64,000 bases of DNA from an uncultured Chloroflexia bacterium (GCA_963712745.1 CAVQJC010000001.1:128001-192000), one strand, 5' to 3'; numbered from the stretch's first letter, positions 1 to 10,530 are shown. Numbers and translations: made by a program. Notes: generated by a model from the letters alone, not told the origin.

Positions 1-111
1 TGAAGACGGGGTTGCCCAGAGTGGCCTGGAGTCGCCCACAGAGGGCATCCCACGAGGGGATGGTGGCTCCGGCGGTAGGCTTCGAACCCACCGCCAATCG
101 GTTGACAGCCG
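1..111 (-). repeat. att-like module A: tRNA-Asn-type 3' half (61-111) plus conserved flank (1-60), cut by the window start
   Basis: The reverse complement of 61-111 reads CGGCTGTCAACCGATTGGCGGTGGGTTCGAAGCCTACCGCCGGAGCCACCA: anticodon arm, T-arm with TTCGAA, acceptor 3' strand CGCCGGA-G-CCA. No D-arm or 5' half. Positions 1-72 are identical to 32093-32164. Confidence 0.85.
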
Positions 112-326
112 TCGTGCTGGACGGTCGTCTTGAGCACGGATCTTGCCTCGGGGGTGGCGCCGGTCAGTCAGGAGAACCAGCGTGGCCGGGCCGTTCGAGT
201 GTCCACCTTGGGGCCACACGACACGGGCGGCCGGAACCGCTGGTCTCCGACGCGTTCAAACGATGAGGCCAGGCCCTCAGTGGCCTGGCCTCATCACTCA
301 GCGTTCCGGCGATGGCCGAGGGTCGC

Positions 327-1349
327 TCATTCGGGCGGATACAGGATGGTGCGGTCGAACGAATCGAGGTTGTCGTTCGTTACCTCGAACGGCTTGAGGT
401 ATCCCTCCTGGGGCACGTCGATGCCGTTGAGCTTCTCTACGATGGTGTCCACGACGACGCGCCCAAGCAGCACGGAGCCGGCCACGTTCGTCTCCTGGAC
501 CCAGCCGTCCCGAATCATCTGCTCGAGATCTGGGTCCATGTCCACGGTCGCGACCACGACTTCTCCCGGCTGCTTGCCAGCAGATTTGAGCGCGGAGACG
601 ATCGCTTGCGCCACAACGCTGTTGAAGGCATAGAACCCGCCGACGTCCGGATGGGCCTGCAGGATGTCCTCGGCGGCCTTGGTGGAGGAGACGAGGTCGC
701 TGAGGTTGTTCAAGCCCTGAGCGATGGTGACATTCGGGTACTCTTCGAGCCCCTTCTTGACTCCAACCTCACGGAGACGGATGAGGTCGATCCCTGGTGG
801 CCCCAGGAGTAGACCGACCGACCCGCCGTCCTGGAGCGCGTTGCCGAGATACTTGCCAGCGTTGTAGCCGGCCATCTCCGAGTCCTCACCGCGCTTCAGG
901 ACCTTATCGGACTCGGGGAACACGCCGTCGCCGACCACCAGGATCCCCTGGTCGACAGCAGCCTCCAGCGCCGGCACCGTCGCTGTGCTGCTGGTGACTG
1001 CGATCGCGATGGCGTCGAACCCCTGCTGCGTCGCGTCCTCGATCTGGGCGATCTGCTTGTCGATGTTGGCATAGCCGCCTGCGTCGAAGAAGGTCAGCTC
1101 GACTCCGGTCTTCGCTGCCTCGTCCTCGTAGCCGTACCGCTTCTGCTGGAAGTAGGGATCACCGGCGTTCGGGAACAGGACAGCGACCCGATAGGGCTCA
1201 TCGGCCATGAGGTCCGGGACCGTGGTCGCACCGGGGACCTCGGTCGACTCGTCCTGTGCCATTGCTCCGCTAGAAACTACGGACAACAAGAGCGAGGCCG
1301 CCCCGAAGACTGCCACCGCTCGTGTCCATGATCTGATACCACGTCTCAT
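327..1349 (-). CDS. Sugar ABC transporter substrate-binding protein (RbsB/periplasmic binding protein type 1)
   Basis: Signal peptide, DPYF motif and PBP1-type sequence; last gene of an ABC operon. Confidence 0.9.
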   Translation of the reverse strand: MRRGIRSWTRAVAVFGAASLLLSVVSSGAMAQDESTEVPGATTVPDLMADEPYRVAVLFPNAGDPYFQQKRYGYEDEAAKTGVELTFFDAGGYANIDKQIAQIEDATQQGFDAIAIAVTSSTATVPALEAAVDQGILVVGDGVFPESDKVLKRGEDSEMAGYNAGKYLGNALQDGGSVGLLLGPPGIDLIRLREVGVKKGLEEYPNVTIAQGLNNLSDLVSSTKAAEDILQAHPDVGGFYAFNSVVAQAIVSALKSAGKQPGEVVVATVDMDPDLEQMIRDGWVQETNVAGSVLLGRVVVDTIVEKLNGIDVPQEGYLKPFEVTNDNLDSFDRTILYPPE

Positions 1350-1506
1350 GATTGCTCCTCTCCTAGTGCCTGCCGCCCTGATGCATGTCCCGAGCTCCTC
1401 CTACGGGCTGCTTCTAGCTGGCCGGGCGAAGGGCGGCGGCTGATCGCCATTCGACCGGTGACTGCAAACGGCGGACCACTGCGATGTGCGGCGCCCGCCG
1501 ACGTTC

Positions 1507-2475
1507 TCACGACCGTTCCCGCCACACGGTAAGCAGAACGGCCACGATGATGCTTGCCCCGATCACGACTTGCTGGATGAACGTCGAGATTCCGAGCAGA
1601 TTGAGTCCGTTCTGGAGGATTCCGACGAACATCACACCGAACAGCGTCCCCACCAACCTGCCCCGACCTCCGAAGAGGTACGTGCCACCGATGACGACGG
1701 TCGCGACGGACAGGAGCTCCAGGCCCTCGCCCAGAAGCGGCTGGCCGGAGTTGACCCGCCCCGTCAGGATGACTCCCCCGAGCGCAGCCGTGAATCCGGA
1801 CAGCATGTAGATCAGGATCTTCGTCCGCGGTGTCGGGATCCCAGCCAGGATGGCCGCCTGCTCGTTGCCGCCGATCGCGTAGACGGCTGGACCGAAGCGA
1901 GTTCGAGTCAGCAGCACCTGCATGACGATGAACGTGGCGGCCATGAAGAGGACGGGCACGGGGATCGGGCCCACATAGCCCTGTCCGATCCAACTGAAGC
2001 CGGTGTCGGGCAGCCCGAAGATCGGCACGCCGTCGGTGATCGTCAGTGCCAGGCCCCGGGCGATCGAGAGCATGCCCAGGGTGACGATGAAGGGCGGCAG
2101 GCGGGTCAGGCCGATGAGGCTCCCATTGATGAGGCCGAGGACGACGCCGGAGCCGAGCGCCATCACCAGTCCAAGCGGGATACTTCCCTGCTCCAGCCCC
2201 ATCGCCATCAGCACATTGGCCACGGCGAGCACCGAGCCGACCGAGAGGTCGATCCCGCCCGAGATGATGACGACCGTCTGGGCCGCGCCCACCATGCCCA
2301 GGACCGCCACTTGTCGGGCCACATTTCCCGCGTTGGAGACGGCGAAGAAGTTCTGAGCAAGCACCGCGAAGCCGATGATCAGCGCCAGAACGACGATCGG
2401 CAGTCCGAGCGTCTCCCATGACACGTGGAGGCCGCGATCACGCAGGGTGCGCGACATCGACCTGTCGTTCGTCAT
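1507..2475 (-). CDS. Sugar ABC transporter permease (RbsC family)
   Basis: GGIDLSVGS, PPFIVTLG, YAIGGNEQAA and VIGG motifs; hydrophobic. Confidence 0.93.
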   Translation of the reverse strand: MTNDRSMSRTLRDRGLHVSWETLGLPIVVLALIIGFAVLAQNFFAVSNAGNVARQVAVLGMVGAAQTVVIISGGIDLSVGSVLAVANVLMAMGLEQGSIPLGLVMALGSGVVLGLINGSLIGLTRLPPFIVTLGMLSIARGLALTITDGVPIFGLPDTGFSWIGQGYVGPIPVPVLFMAATFIVMQVLLTRTRFGPAVYAIGGNEQAAILAGIPTPRTKILIYMLSGFTAALGGVILTGRVNSGQPLLGEGLELLSVATVVIGGTYLFGGRGRLVGTLFGVMFVGILQNGLNLLGISTFIQQVVIGASIIVAVLLTVWRERS

Positions 2476-3971
2476 GCCGCGTCCTCGATCGGCAGCGCTG
2501 CCGCCATGATCGCCTCCTGCGTGGCGTGGGCGCGGTCGAACTCCCGCGACACTCGACCCTCGCGCATGACGACGACGCGGTCGGCAAGGCCGAGGATCTC
2601 GGGCAGCTCGGACGAGACCAGGACCACGGCCTTCCCATCGGTCGCAAGCTCGGCGACCAGGTCATAGATCTCAGCTTTCGCCCCGACGTCGATCCCGCGG
2701 GTGGGTTCGTCGAGCAGGACGACGTCCGAGCCCGCCGCCAGCGCGCGTGCGATGACGACCTTCTGCTGGTTCCCGCCAGACAGCGTCCCGACGGTGACTG
2801 AGGGGCCTGTGACCTTGATCCGTAGCAGCTCGATGTAACGCACTGCGATCTCACGCATCACGCCGAACAGGAGGAAGCCGCGGCGCACGCACGCCCCGAG
2901 CGATGCGAGTGTGATGTTCTGCTGGACGCTCATCGGAAGCACCAGCCCCTGACCGTGGCGGTCCTCGGGTACGAGCCCGATCCGGACCGCGAGCGCGTCA
3001 CGAGGCGTGCTGATCTTGACCGCCTGCCCCCGCACAAGGATGCGTCCGCTGGACCTCGCGTCGAGGCCGATGACCGCCCTGAGCGTCTCAGTGCGGCCCG
3101 CCCCCACGAGACCAGCGATGCCGAGCACCTCGCCGGCCCGGACGGCAAACGTGACGTCGTGCACGGTCCCTGGCACGCTGAGGCCTTCCACCCGGAGCAA
3201 CTCATCGCCCGGCCGCGCTTCGCGCGTGGGAAATGTCTCGGCGAGCTGCCGGCCGACCATCAAGCGGATGAGTTCTCTCTGGTTGGTGGCACCACGGTCG
3301 AGCGTGGCAATCACCTTGCCGTCACGCATCACGGTCACGCGATCAGCGATCCGCTCGATCTCCTCCAGCCGGTGCGAGATGTAGACCACACCGACGCCCT
3401 CAGCCGTTAGACGGGCGATCCTAGTGAACAGCTCCTCGGTCTCGTGGGCGGAGAGTGACGAGGTAGGCTCGTCCATGATGAGCGCGCGCGACTTCCATGC
3501 CAGGGCCCGGACGATCTCGATGCCCTGGCGTTTCGCGATGCTAAGCCGTCGCACAGGCTCATCGGGGTCGACGTCCAGGTCCAACAGGTGGAGGAGCTCT
3601 CGCGTCTGGGTCCGCATGGTGCCGCTGTCGAGCAACCTTGCCCGACCGTGCACCACTTCTCGTCCCAGGAAGATGTTCTGGGCGACCGTCATGTCGGGAG
3701 CGAGGGCGAGCTCCTGGTAGACGGTACTGATCCCGGCGTGTCTGGCAGCGCTCGGGCTGTGGACCCGCACCGGCTTGCCGTCGATCCTGATCTCGCCATC
3801 GTCCGGCCGGTACGCGCCGGAGAGGATCTTGACGAGCGTCGACTTGCCCGCCCCGTTCTCGCCCAGGAGAACGTGCACCTCCGACGCGCGTAGATCGAAG
3901 TCGACGTCGTCCAGGGCGAGGACGCCAGGGAATCGCTTCGAGACGTGCTCCACGACAAGGAACGGGTCCAC
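2472..3971 (-). CDS. Sugar ABC transporter ATP-binding protein (RbsA/MglA family)
   Basis: GENGAGKST, MDEPT, LSGGNQQK and LDEPTRGIDVG; GTG start inferred at 3971, just after the upstream stop. Confidence 0.93.
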   Translation of the reverse strand: MDPFLVVEHVSKRFPGVLALDDVDFDLRASEVHVLLGENGAGKSTLVKILSGAYRPDDGEIRIDGKPVRVHSPSAARHAGISTVYQELALAPDMTVAQNIFLGREVVHGRARLLDSGTMRTQTRELLHLLDLDVDPDEPVRRLSIAKRQGIEIVRALAWKSRALIMDEPTSSLSAHETEELFTRIARLTAEGVGVVYISHRLEEIERIADRVTVMRDGKVIATLDRGATNQRELIRLMVGRQLAETFPTREARPGDELLRVEGLSVPGTVHDVTFAVRAGEVLGIAGLVGAGRTETLRAVIGLDARSSGRILVRGQAVKISTPRDALAVRIGLVPEDRHGQGLVLPMSVQQNITLASLGACVRRGFLLFGVMREIAVRYIELLRIKVTGPSVTVGTLSGGNQQKVVIARALAAGSDVVLLDEPTRGIDVGAKAEIYDLVAELATDGKAVVLVSSELPEILGLADRVVVMREGRVSREFDRAHATQEAIMAAALPIEDAA

Positions 3972-3972
3972 G

Positions 3973-5208
3973 TCAGGCCGCGGCCTCGAGGATCGAGACG
4001 ACCTGAGTGGCCGACTCGATACGGATCGGACTTCCCGCCACCACGAGATCCTGCAGGACGCCTTCAGCGATCTCCTCGAACTGCCCGCTGCCGACGCCGA
4101 CCTGCGACAGTCGAGTCGGCTGGCCGAGCTCAGCCACGAGCGACTCGACGGCGCGGGCGGCAGCCTCGGCCGCAGCCGCGTCACTCATCGCAGACGTGTC
4201 GACTCCCAAGGCCTCGGCGATCAGCCGCTGGCGATCCGCGGTCGCGGTGGCCAGGAAGCGCATCACCTGGGGCAGGATGATGCACGACGTCACCCCGTGC
4301 GGGACCCCGCCTTTCGGCCCCAGCTGGTGCCCGATGGCGTGCGAAAGGCCGAGGCTGAGATTCATCTCGCCGAAGTACGACAGCCATGCCCCCATGTAGC
4401 CGGCGGCACGGGCGCGAATGTCGGACGGATCGCGCCGTGCCGCGGGGAGGGCTGACGAGAGGCGCCGGATCGCCTCGAGGCTAAGCACATCGGTGACCGG
4501 CTGGTGTCGCGGCGAATACACGGTCTCGATGGCGTGATCCAGTGACCGCATTCCCGTCGAGACCCAGAGGTCGACCGGCGTCGTAAGTCCGACCTCGGGG
4601 TCGTGGAAGACGACGTGGGGCGTGAGCTCGTTGGCGATGAGCAGATCCTTGACACGCCGAGTGAGACTCGTGACGGCGCCGGCATTGGCGAACTCGGCGG
4701 CCGCGAGCGTGGTCGGGATCGTCACATGCGGCAGGGAACGTCCGTGGGTCGCGGGAAGTGTTGTGCCTGCCACCGGGTCATACCGGGCACGGAACGCTTC
4801 GAGTGCCTCGACAGTGTCGGCGCCCTCCCCGACCGCAAGGGCCACCGCTCGCGACAGGTCGATCGCGCTGCCTCCGCCGAGGCTGACGAGGAGGTCGGCA
4901 TCGGCGGCCCGCACCGCCGCAACCGCATCCATGACGGCCGGGTATGGAACGTGGGCCTGGACGCCGTCAAACATCCCGACGAAGCGGTCACCGAGCAACT
5001 CGCGTATGCGAGTCGTGACCGCTCCCCCCGACAGCTCTGGCACCGTGATGAGGAACACTCGTGTGCCGCCGATCCGCTCGCACTCGGCGGGAAGCTGCTC
5101 GAGGCAACCTCGGCCGAACCGGACAACGTCCATCGGCAGGTACCAGAACTCACCCAGATCCGGTTCGTGGAGCCCCATCACCGCATCGTCAGCGCGCCGC
5201 CCACTCAT
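3973..5208 (-). CDS. Iron-containing alcohol dehydrogenase (maleylacetate reductase-like)
   Basis: GGGSAID, IPTT, DHAIE and HAIGH...HG metal ligands. Confidence 0.88.
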   Translation of the reverse strand: MSGRRADDAVMGLHEPDLGEFWYLPMDVVRFGRGCLEQLPAECERIGGTRVFLITVPELSGGAVTTRIRELLGDRFVGMFDGVQAHVPYPAVMDAVAAVRAADADLLVSLGGGSAIDLSRAVALAVGEGADTVEALEAFRARYDPVAGTTLPATHGRSLPHVTIPTTLAAAEFANAGAVTSLTRRVKDLLIANELTPHVVFHDPEVGLTTPVDLWVSTGMRSLDHAIETVYSPRHQPVTDVLSLEAIRRLSSALPAARRDPSDIRARAAGYMGAWLSYFGEMNLSLGLSHAIGHQLGPKGGVPHGVTSCIILPQVMRFLATATADRQRLIAEALGVDTSAMSDAAAAEAAARAVESLVAELGQPTRLSQVGVGSGQFEEIAEGVLQDLVVAGSPIRIESATQVVSILEAAA

Positions 5209-6656
5209 CCTGGCCTTCCCTTCAGCACCACGAGGTGCTCTTCGGTCATCTCCTCGATCGCGTATCGGGGTCCCTCTTTGCCGCCGGATCCCGAAGCCTT
5301 CACGCCGCCGTATGGCATCCGGTCGACCCGGTAGCGCGAGGTGTCGTTGACGATCACACCACCGAACTCGAGGCGTCGTGATGCCTCGAGGGCAACGTCG
5401 AGGCTGGCGGTGAAGATGGCCGCCTGCAACCCGTAGTCGGTGGAGTTCGCAAACTCGATCGCTTGGTCGAGATCATGGTAGGAGAAGATGCTGACGACGG
5501 GCGCGAAGACCTCCTGGCACACCACGGGCAATGAAGGCTCCGGGTCCGCGAGCACTACCGGCCAGAGGAGCGCGCCCTCACGACGAAGCTCAGTGAGCGC
5601 TCGGGACCCGGTCTCGATGGCCGCGCGGACGGCTGTCTCCGCGTCGATGGCCTTCTGCTCGTTGAGCATAGGACCGAGATCCGACGCGTCATCGAGTGGA
5701 TCGCCGACCTTCAGCGACTCGACCAGTGGGATGAACGCCTGCTCGAAGCGCTCTCGCACGGCCTCGTGGACGAGGATCCGCTGGACCGAGATGCAGACCT
5801 GACCGGCGTATCCGAATGAACCGGCGAGGGCGCCGCGGGCCGCCGCCTCGATGTCCGCGTCTTCATGCACGATGACAGGAGCATTGCCGCCCAGTTCCAG
5901 GGTCGCGTGTCGTAGACCAAGCAGCGAACGGATGCGCATGCCGACCGCAGTGCTGCCTGTGAACGAGACCATGCCGACCCGCGAATCACTGACGAGCGCA
6001 TCACCGACCTCGTCGCCGCGGCCGATGACCACCTGCAGACGATCCGGGGGTAGTCCCGCCTCCAGCAGGTCGCTCGCGAACTCCAGCGCCGACAGCGGCG
6101 TCGCGGTGGCTGGCTTGAGGACGACCACATTGCCGGCTGCGATCGCAGAACCGACCTTGTGTGCCGGCGAGAGCAACGGCCCGTTGAACGGCGTGATGGC
6201 GGCCACGACGCCGATGGGCACCCTGATGGTGAACGCGATGCGGTCCTCGGAGCCTTCAACGGCGTCGACAGGCACGAGATGGCCTGTGATGCGTCGGGCC
6301 TCTTCCGCAGCCTCCTCGAGAACGAGGGCCGACCGCGCGACCTCGCCCCGGGCTTCACGCATCGGCTTGCCCGATTCGAGCGCCACCAGGCGCGCGAGCT
6401 CGTCCGCTCTCCCGCGGATGCGCACGGCCGTAGCTCGCAGGATCGTGGATCGCTGCGTCGGCGTAAGGGCTCCGTTGCGAGATGCCTTGGCGGCGCTTTC
6501 GACGGCCTCCGCCACCTCTGTCACCGTCGCGAGCGGGACGCGTCCGAGCGGGCGTCCGTCGTACGGCGCATGGATCACTTCCTCACCACCCGCAGCGCTG
6601 GAGCGCCAGGTTCCATCGATCAGCAAGCCACGGGTATCCCGCATGTCGTCGGTCAT
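5205..6656 (-). CDS. Aldehyde dehydrogenase
   Basis: ITPFN, FTGS, ELGGN, GQVC (catalytic Cys), EVFAPV and PYGGVK. Confidence 0.93.
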   Translation of the reverse strand: MTDDMRDTRGLLIDGTWRSSAAGGEEVIHAPYDGRPLGRVPLATVTEVAEAVESAAKASRNGALTPTQRSTILRATAVRIRGRADELARLVALESGKPMREARGEVARSALVLEEAAEEARRITGHLVPVDAVEGSEDRIAFTIRVPIGVVAAITPFNGPLLSPAHKVGSAIAAGNVVVLKPATATPLSALEFASDLLEAGLPPDRLQVVIGRGDEVGDALVSDSRVGMVSFTGSTAVGMRIRSLLGLRHATLELGGNAPVIVHEDADIEAAARGALAGSFGYAGQVCISVQRILVHEAVRERFEQAFIPLVESLKVGDPLDDASDLGPMLNEQKAIDAETAVRAAIETGSRALTELRREGALLWPVVLADPEPSLPVVCQEVFAPVVSIFSYHDLDQAIEFANSTDYGLQAAIFTASLDVALEASRRLEFGGVIVNDTSRYRVDRMPYGGVKASGSGGKEGPRYAIEEMTEEHLVVLKGRPG

Positions 6657-7858
6657 GTCTGTGCCACCTCATCATCATCGGCGAGCAGGTGCTCCGCGAG
6701 AGCCACCATGGCACTCACGCCGACATCGATCGACGTCTCGTCCACGTCGAAGCGACCATCATGCAGCGAGGGCCAGTCCGTCGCGCCGGGCGATGCCACC
6801 CCAAGCTTCAGGTAGAGGCCCGGCATGCGCTCGGCGAACAGGGCGAAGTCGTCGGTCGTCATGGGCGGACCGTCCAACTCGCGCAACCCGCCGGGTTCGA
6901 GCACACCGGGCAGCAACTGGCGTGCGAGTGCAACGAGGCGCGGGTCGTTGATGACAGGCGGCATCTCGTTGGCCCACTCGACCTCGGCCGTCGCACCGAC
7001 CATCTCGGCCGCGGCAGTCGCCACCCGCTCGACCGAAGCGCGGATACGTTGGCGGATCGCGGGGTCGACGCTTCGGATGGTCCCCGTGACTTCGGCCTGC
7101 GCCGGAACGATGCTCTGGGTCGCGCCGCCATGGATCGTCCCGACATTCAGAGCGAAGCGGTCCCCCGGATCCACTTCTCGGGCGGCGAGGTGGTGGAGGC
7201 CGACGACGAGATGACTGATCGCCAGGATGGCGTCCCTACCGCTGCTCGGGGTGGCCGCGTGCGCAGCGGACCCCTCGACCCGGATCTGGAAGGCATCCTT
7301 GGCCGCCATGGCTACGTGCTCATCAAGGCCGATGGCACCCGCGGGCAGGCCGGGCCAGCAGTGCAGCCCCAGGATCGCGTCCACGTGTTCGCCCAGAGCG
7401 CCGGCTTCGATCATGACCCGAGCCCCGCTCATCTCCCCGAACGGGATCTCCTCAGCGGGCTGCAGCAGGACGGTCAGCTGGCCACGGAGCTCATCTCTGG
7501 CCGCCAAGCGCTCGGCTGCCCCGACCGCGACTGCCATGTGGACGTCGTGACCGCACGCGTGCGCCACACCGGGGACAGTCGAGGCGTAGTCGGTCGAGAG
7601 GAGATCGCTCGTGGGCACAGCGTCCATGTCGGCCCGCAGTACGACGTGTGGCCTACCCTCGACGCCCCCGATGCTCGCGGTCAGGCCCGTTCCGCCGATA
7701 CCGCTCTTGATTCGGAATCCCGAGGCGGACAGGCGCTCAGCGAGAAGCCGAGCCGTGCCGTGCTCCTGGAAGCGCAGCTCGGGCATGCGACGGAGCTCTC
7801 GTCGAAGCGCCACAGTCGACAGGGGGACGGCGCGGTCCGTAACCGTCATGATGTCCAA
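6653..7858 (-). CDS. M20D amidohydrolase (hippuricase-like)
   Basis: PEL.FQE, LRADMDA, HACGHD, QPAEE and DFA motifs. Confidence 0.9.
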   Translation of the reverse strand: MDIMTVTDRAVPLSTVALRRELRRMPELRFQEHGTARLLAERLSASGFRIKSGIGGTGLTASIGGVEGRPHVVLRADMDAVPTSDLLSTDYASTVPGVAHACGHDVHMAVAVGAAERLAARDELRGQLTVLLQPAEEIPFGEMSGARVMIEAGALGEHVDAILGLHCWPGLPAGAIGLDEHVAMAAKDAFQIRVEGSAAHAATPSSGRDAILAISHLVVGLHHLAAREVDPGDRFALNVGTIHGGATQSIVPAQAEVTGTIRSVDPAIRQRIRASVERVATAAAEMVGATAEVEWANEMPPVINDPRLVALARQLLPGVLEPGGLRELDGPPMTTDDFALFAERMPGLYLKLGVASPGATDWPSLHDGRFDVDETSIDVGVSAMVALAEHLLADDDEVAQT

Positions 7859-7908
7859 AATACGACCGAAATGGGCTCGCCGAGGCTAGACCGGCCGGCC
7901 GGCCGCTG

Positions 7909-9253
7909 TCAAGGCGTTGTGCTCGACCTGCTATCCACGGCTCGTGGCAGCAGGCGATCCAAGTCGACGCGATAGACGGACTGCGGCCGTCCCGCTCGTG
8001 GTGCGGACCGGGTACCGACAGCCATGGCGATACCCGAGCGCTCGAGTGACGCGAGCATCCGGAGCGCTGACCGGGGCGCGACGCCATAGGCGGAGGCGAG
8101 GTCCCGTGCCGTGACGGCGGACGGGTCGAGCGTGGCGAGCGCGGTGATGAGACGAGCCAGCGTGAACGGCCCCATGCCGACGGCCTTCGCATGGGCGAGT
8201 AGTCGAGGGTCCGTCTCACGCAATCGGGTTCCTGCGAGCGCGTCGCGGTCGCCGAGTCGAAGCATCGCCCCATCGTCCAGGACCACCTGCTTCCCGCCAG
8301 ACCGTCGACCGATGGCGGCGGATCGGCGCGCGTTCGCCTCCGCTCGGGCGACCGTCGCCCCCACGCCATAGCCGATCAGCAGCCCATCCCTCCCCTCGTG
8401 GACATCCTCGTCTCGGGCGTCGGACCCGGCGAGCTCCGCGGTGACCACACCCCGAGTCGTGTGGATGAGGAAGCTGCCGTCGCTCGCTCGGCTCAGCGTG
8501 CCTTGGAGCCGCTCCGCAAGGTCGACCACCTGCTGTCGGCGCCGCAACTCGTCACGCTGCGCCTGATAGGGGCCCGACCTGGCATCCTGGCGCTTCTGCT
8601 CACGAGGCTCGACCAGCGCCACGGCGATCTGGCTGGCTTCCGTACGGGCCAGGCGATCTGTCAGTGACGCGCGTCGCAGGGCCTCGCGCAGCGCCGCGTG
8701 TGTGTGCTCGATACGGGCCACCGGAACACCGAGTTGCCGAAGCTCGTTTCGAACCGATCCCATGCAGGTAAGGCACAGCTCGACCTCGCCACGCCGGTAG
8801 TGTTCCTCATGGAAGGCGGTCACATCCATCGACCGCCACTGGCCGAGCGCGAAGCTCACGGTCGTCGAAGGACAGAAGAGCGGCAGGTGGCTCCAGGTCG
8901 AGATCGTGGTAGATCTCGTCAACCGCGAATCGCTCGATCGTGTCGATGCTGATGACCGGTAGCCGACCCCGATGTTCGCGCAGGACGCCTACCAGCGCAC
9001 GGTACAGGTCTGCGCCTTCGTGAGGGATGAAATCAAGGGTCGCTCGCAATCCCAGAGTCTCCCGGGCGATCGTGTATGGCACACGACCCGTGAAAAGCAG
9101 GACCGTGCAAGCCGCGTCCAGTTCGATCGCCAGCTCAGGAGCAGCGTCCCAGGTCACGTAGGTGCGCGCGAGCACGGTTTCGGCGAGTCCGAGCTCGGCT
9201 GCCACGTTCCTGGCTCTGGCGACGGAATCCTCCGGCCCGATGATGCCGATCAC
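7909..9253 (-). CDS. Transcriptional regulator (sensor domain plus C-terminal HTH), split by an apparent frameshift near 8850
   Basis: N-terminal part IGIIGPEDSV..LLFTGRVPY lies in ORF 8807-9517; C-terminal part with HTH (TARDLASAYGVAPRSALRML..GRP) lies in ORF 7909-8922. Confidence 0.7.
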
Positions 9254-9324
9254 AGGACGATTATGACCGAAATCACATTCGTAGCCGCTGCTCATGCCCG
9301 TCGGCGTGACCAGCGAAGAGACGA

Positions 9325-9372
9325 TGGCTCCGGCCGTAGGATCCGAACCTGCGACCGATCGGCTGCAGCCGA
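9325..9372 (-). repeat. att-like module B: degenerate tRNA-Asn 3' half
   Basis: TGGCTCCGGCCGTAGGATCCGAACCTGCGACCGATCGGCTGCAGCCGA aligns with 64-111. Confidence 0.75.
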
Positions 9373-9783
9373 CGGGCTGCGCGGCGGCGGCGGCGATGAC
9401 GACGGGCTCGATGTCGTCGAGGCCGATGAGGCCAAGCCCTGCGAGCAGGCGCGGCTTCGAACGCCGCGTGAGAGAAGTCGACATGACACGTACTCCCATC
9501 CGGCCTGGGAGTCGCACCGTAAGCCCGGCGTGTCACCGAGCCCGGTTGCGGTGCCTTCGTCGGGCCAGGCCCCTCCGGCGCTCTCGATGCGTGTCGCCAA
9601 ACGGTTGGACAGCGCAAGCGTCGGATCAGTACGGTCGTGCCACCTGGGCGGCACGACCTCGGAGAGAGGACTGACTGGTGACAGGTCGCGCCGAAGTGCC
9701 GACCACGAGGTCGGCACTCCAGAGTGAGTGGCCCTTTGAACCTGGCGATGCTCCAGGGGCGAGGCTCGGCGTCCAGGCTGCTC

Positions 9784-10065
9784 CTACGCCTGGAGCGATC
9801 GCAGGCCGTCCTCTAGCGGATGCTGCTCGGTCTGAGGTGAGGTTGCCGTCGAACGAAGCTTGATCCAGACGGTAGCGGCGGTCAGGCTGGCCACCAGCAC
9901 GGCGATACCCATGGCCAGGCCGGCGCGGAGGGTCCCGCTCGCGTCGATGAGGAGGGCGGAGGCATCGATGAGCGCGATCACGGCCAACGACGTCGCGACC
10001 ATGACCACGTACCAGAGCGCCACCACGAAGTACATCTTGGCGATCTTCCTTAGGGTGTGCTTCAC
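9784..10065 (-). CDS. Small membrane protein, hypothetical
   Basis: Two hydrophobic segments; GAGGAG RBS upstream of the GTG start. Confidence 0.6.
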   Translation of the reverse strand: MKHTLRKIAKMYFVVALWYVVMVATSLAVIALIDASALLIDASGTLRAGLAMGIAVLVASLTAATVWIKLRSTATSPQTEQHPLEDGLRSLQA

Positions 10066-10222
10066 GTCGTACTCCTCGTCAGCTGTCGTCTGGTTTGGTG
10101 TCGAAGGCCCTGGGGCAGTCGTCCCCCGACCGGATGACTAACGTACCAGCCGACCAGCGCACCCAAACCCACCGCACCGACGAATCTTCGGCATCCCGCC
10201 GGCGGATCACCCGGGGTCCTCC

Positions 10223-10317
10223 GGGGTTGCCCAGAGGCGCCTGACGAGAGCACCCCCCGAGGAACAGGGTTGGTCTGGCGGACGGGCTCCGAACCGACGA
10301 CTTATGCGCTAGCAGCC
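10223..10317 (-). repeat. att-like module C: degenerate flank plus tRNA remnant
   Basis: GGGGTTGCCCAGAG is identical to module A, followed by GCACCCCCCGAGG..TGGTCTGGCGG..CCGAACC..CAGCC, collinear with A. Confidence 0.65.
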
Positions 10318-10333
10318 TGTGGGCCGGCATCAG

Positions 10334-10530
10334 CACATCGAGCTCCTGTCGGGCGGCAACCAGCACAAGGTCGTCGCGGGCCGGTCCCTGGCACGGGGTC
10401 CGAACGTGCTTCTGCTCGACGAGCCTACCGCCGGCATCGACATCCGCTCACTTCGCGACCTACTACTCGGTCACGTCCCTCGCTTCGCTGATGATGGCGG
10501 AGCTGTACTCGTGGTCTCGTTTGAGCTGGG
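10334..10530 (+). pseudogene. C-terminal fragment of a sugar ABC ATPase
   Basis: LSGGNQHKV..LLLDEPTAGIDI..VLVVS with no N-terminal part; begins right after module C. Confidence 0.75.

Noticed and set aside
61-111. Functional tRNA-Asp or tRNA-Asn genes at the modules
   Set aside because: Only 3' halves are present; no D-arm or 5' acceptor strand, and several copies have damaged T-loops.
5851-7975. Long + strand ORFs (366 and 497 aa) and many similar antisense ORFs elsewhere
   Set aside because: They are shadow frames of high-GC genes on the opposite strand with no motifs.
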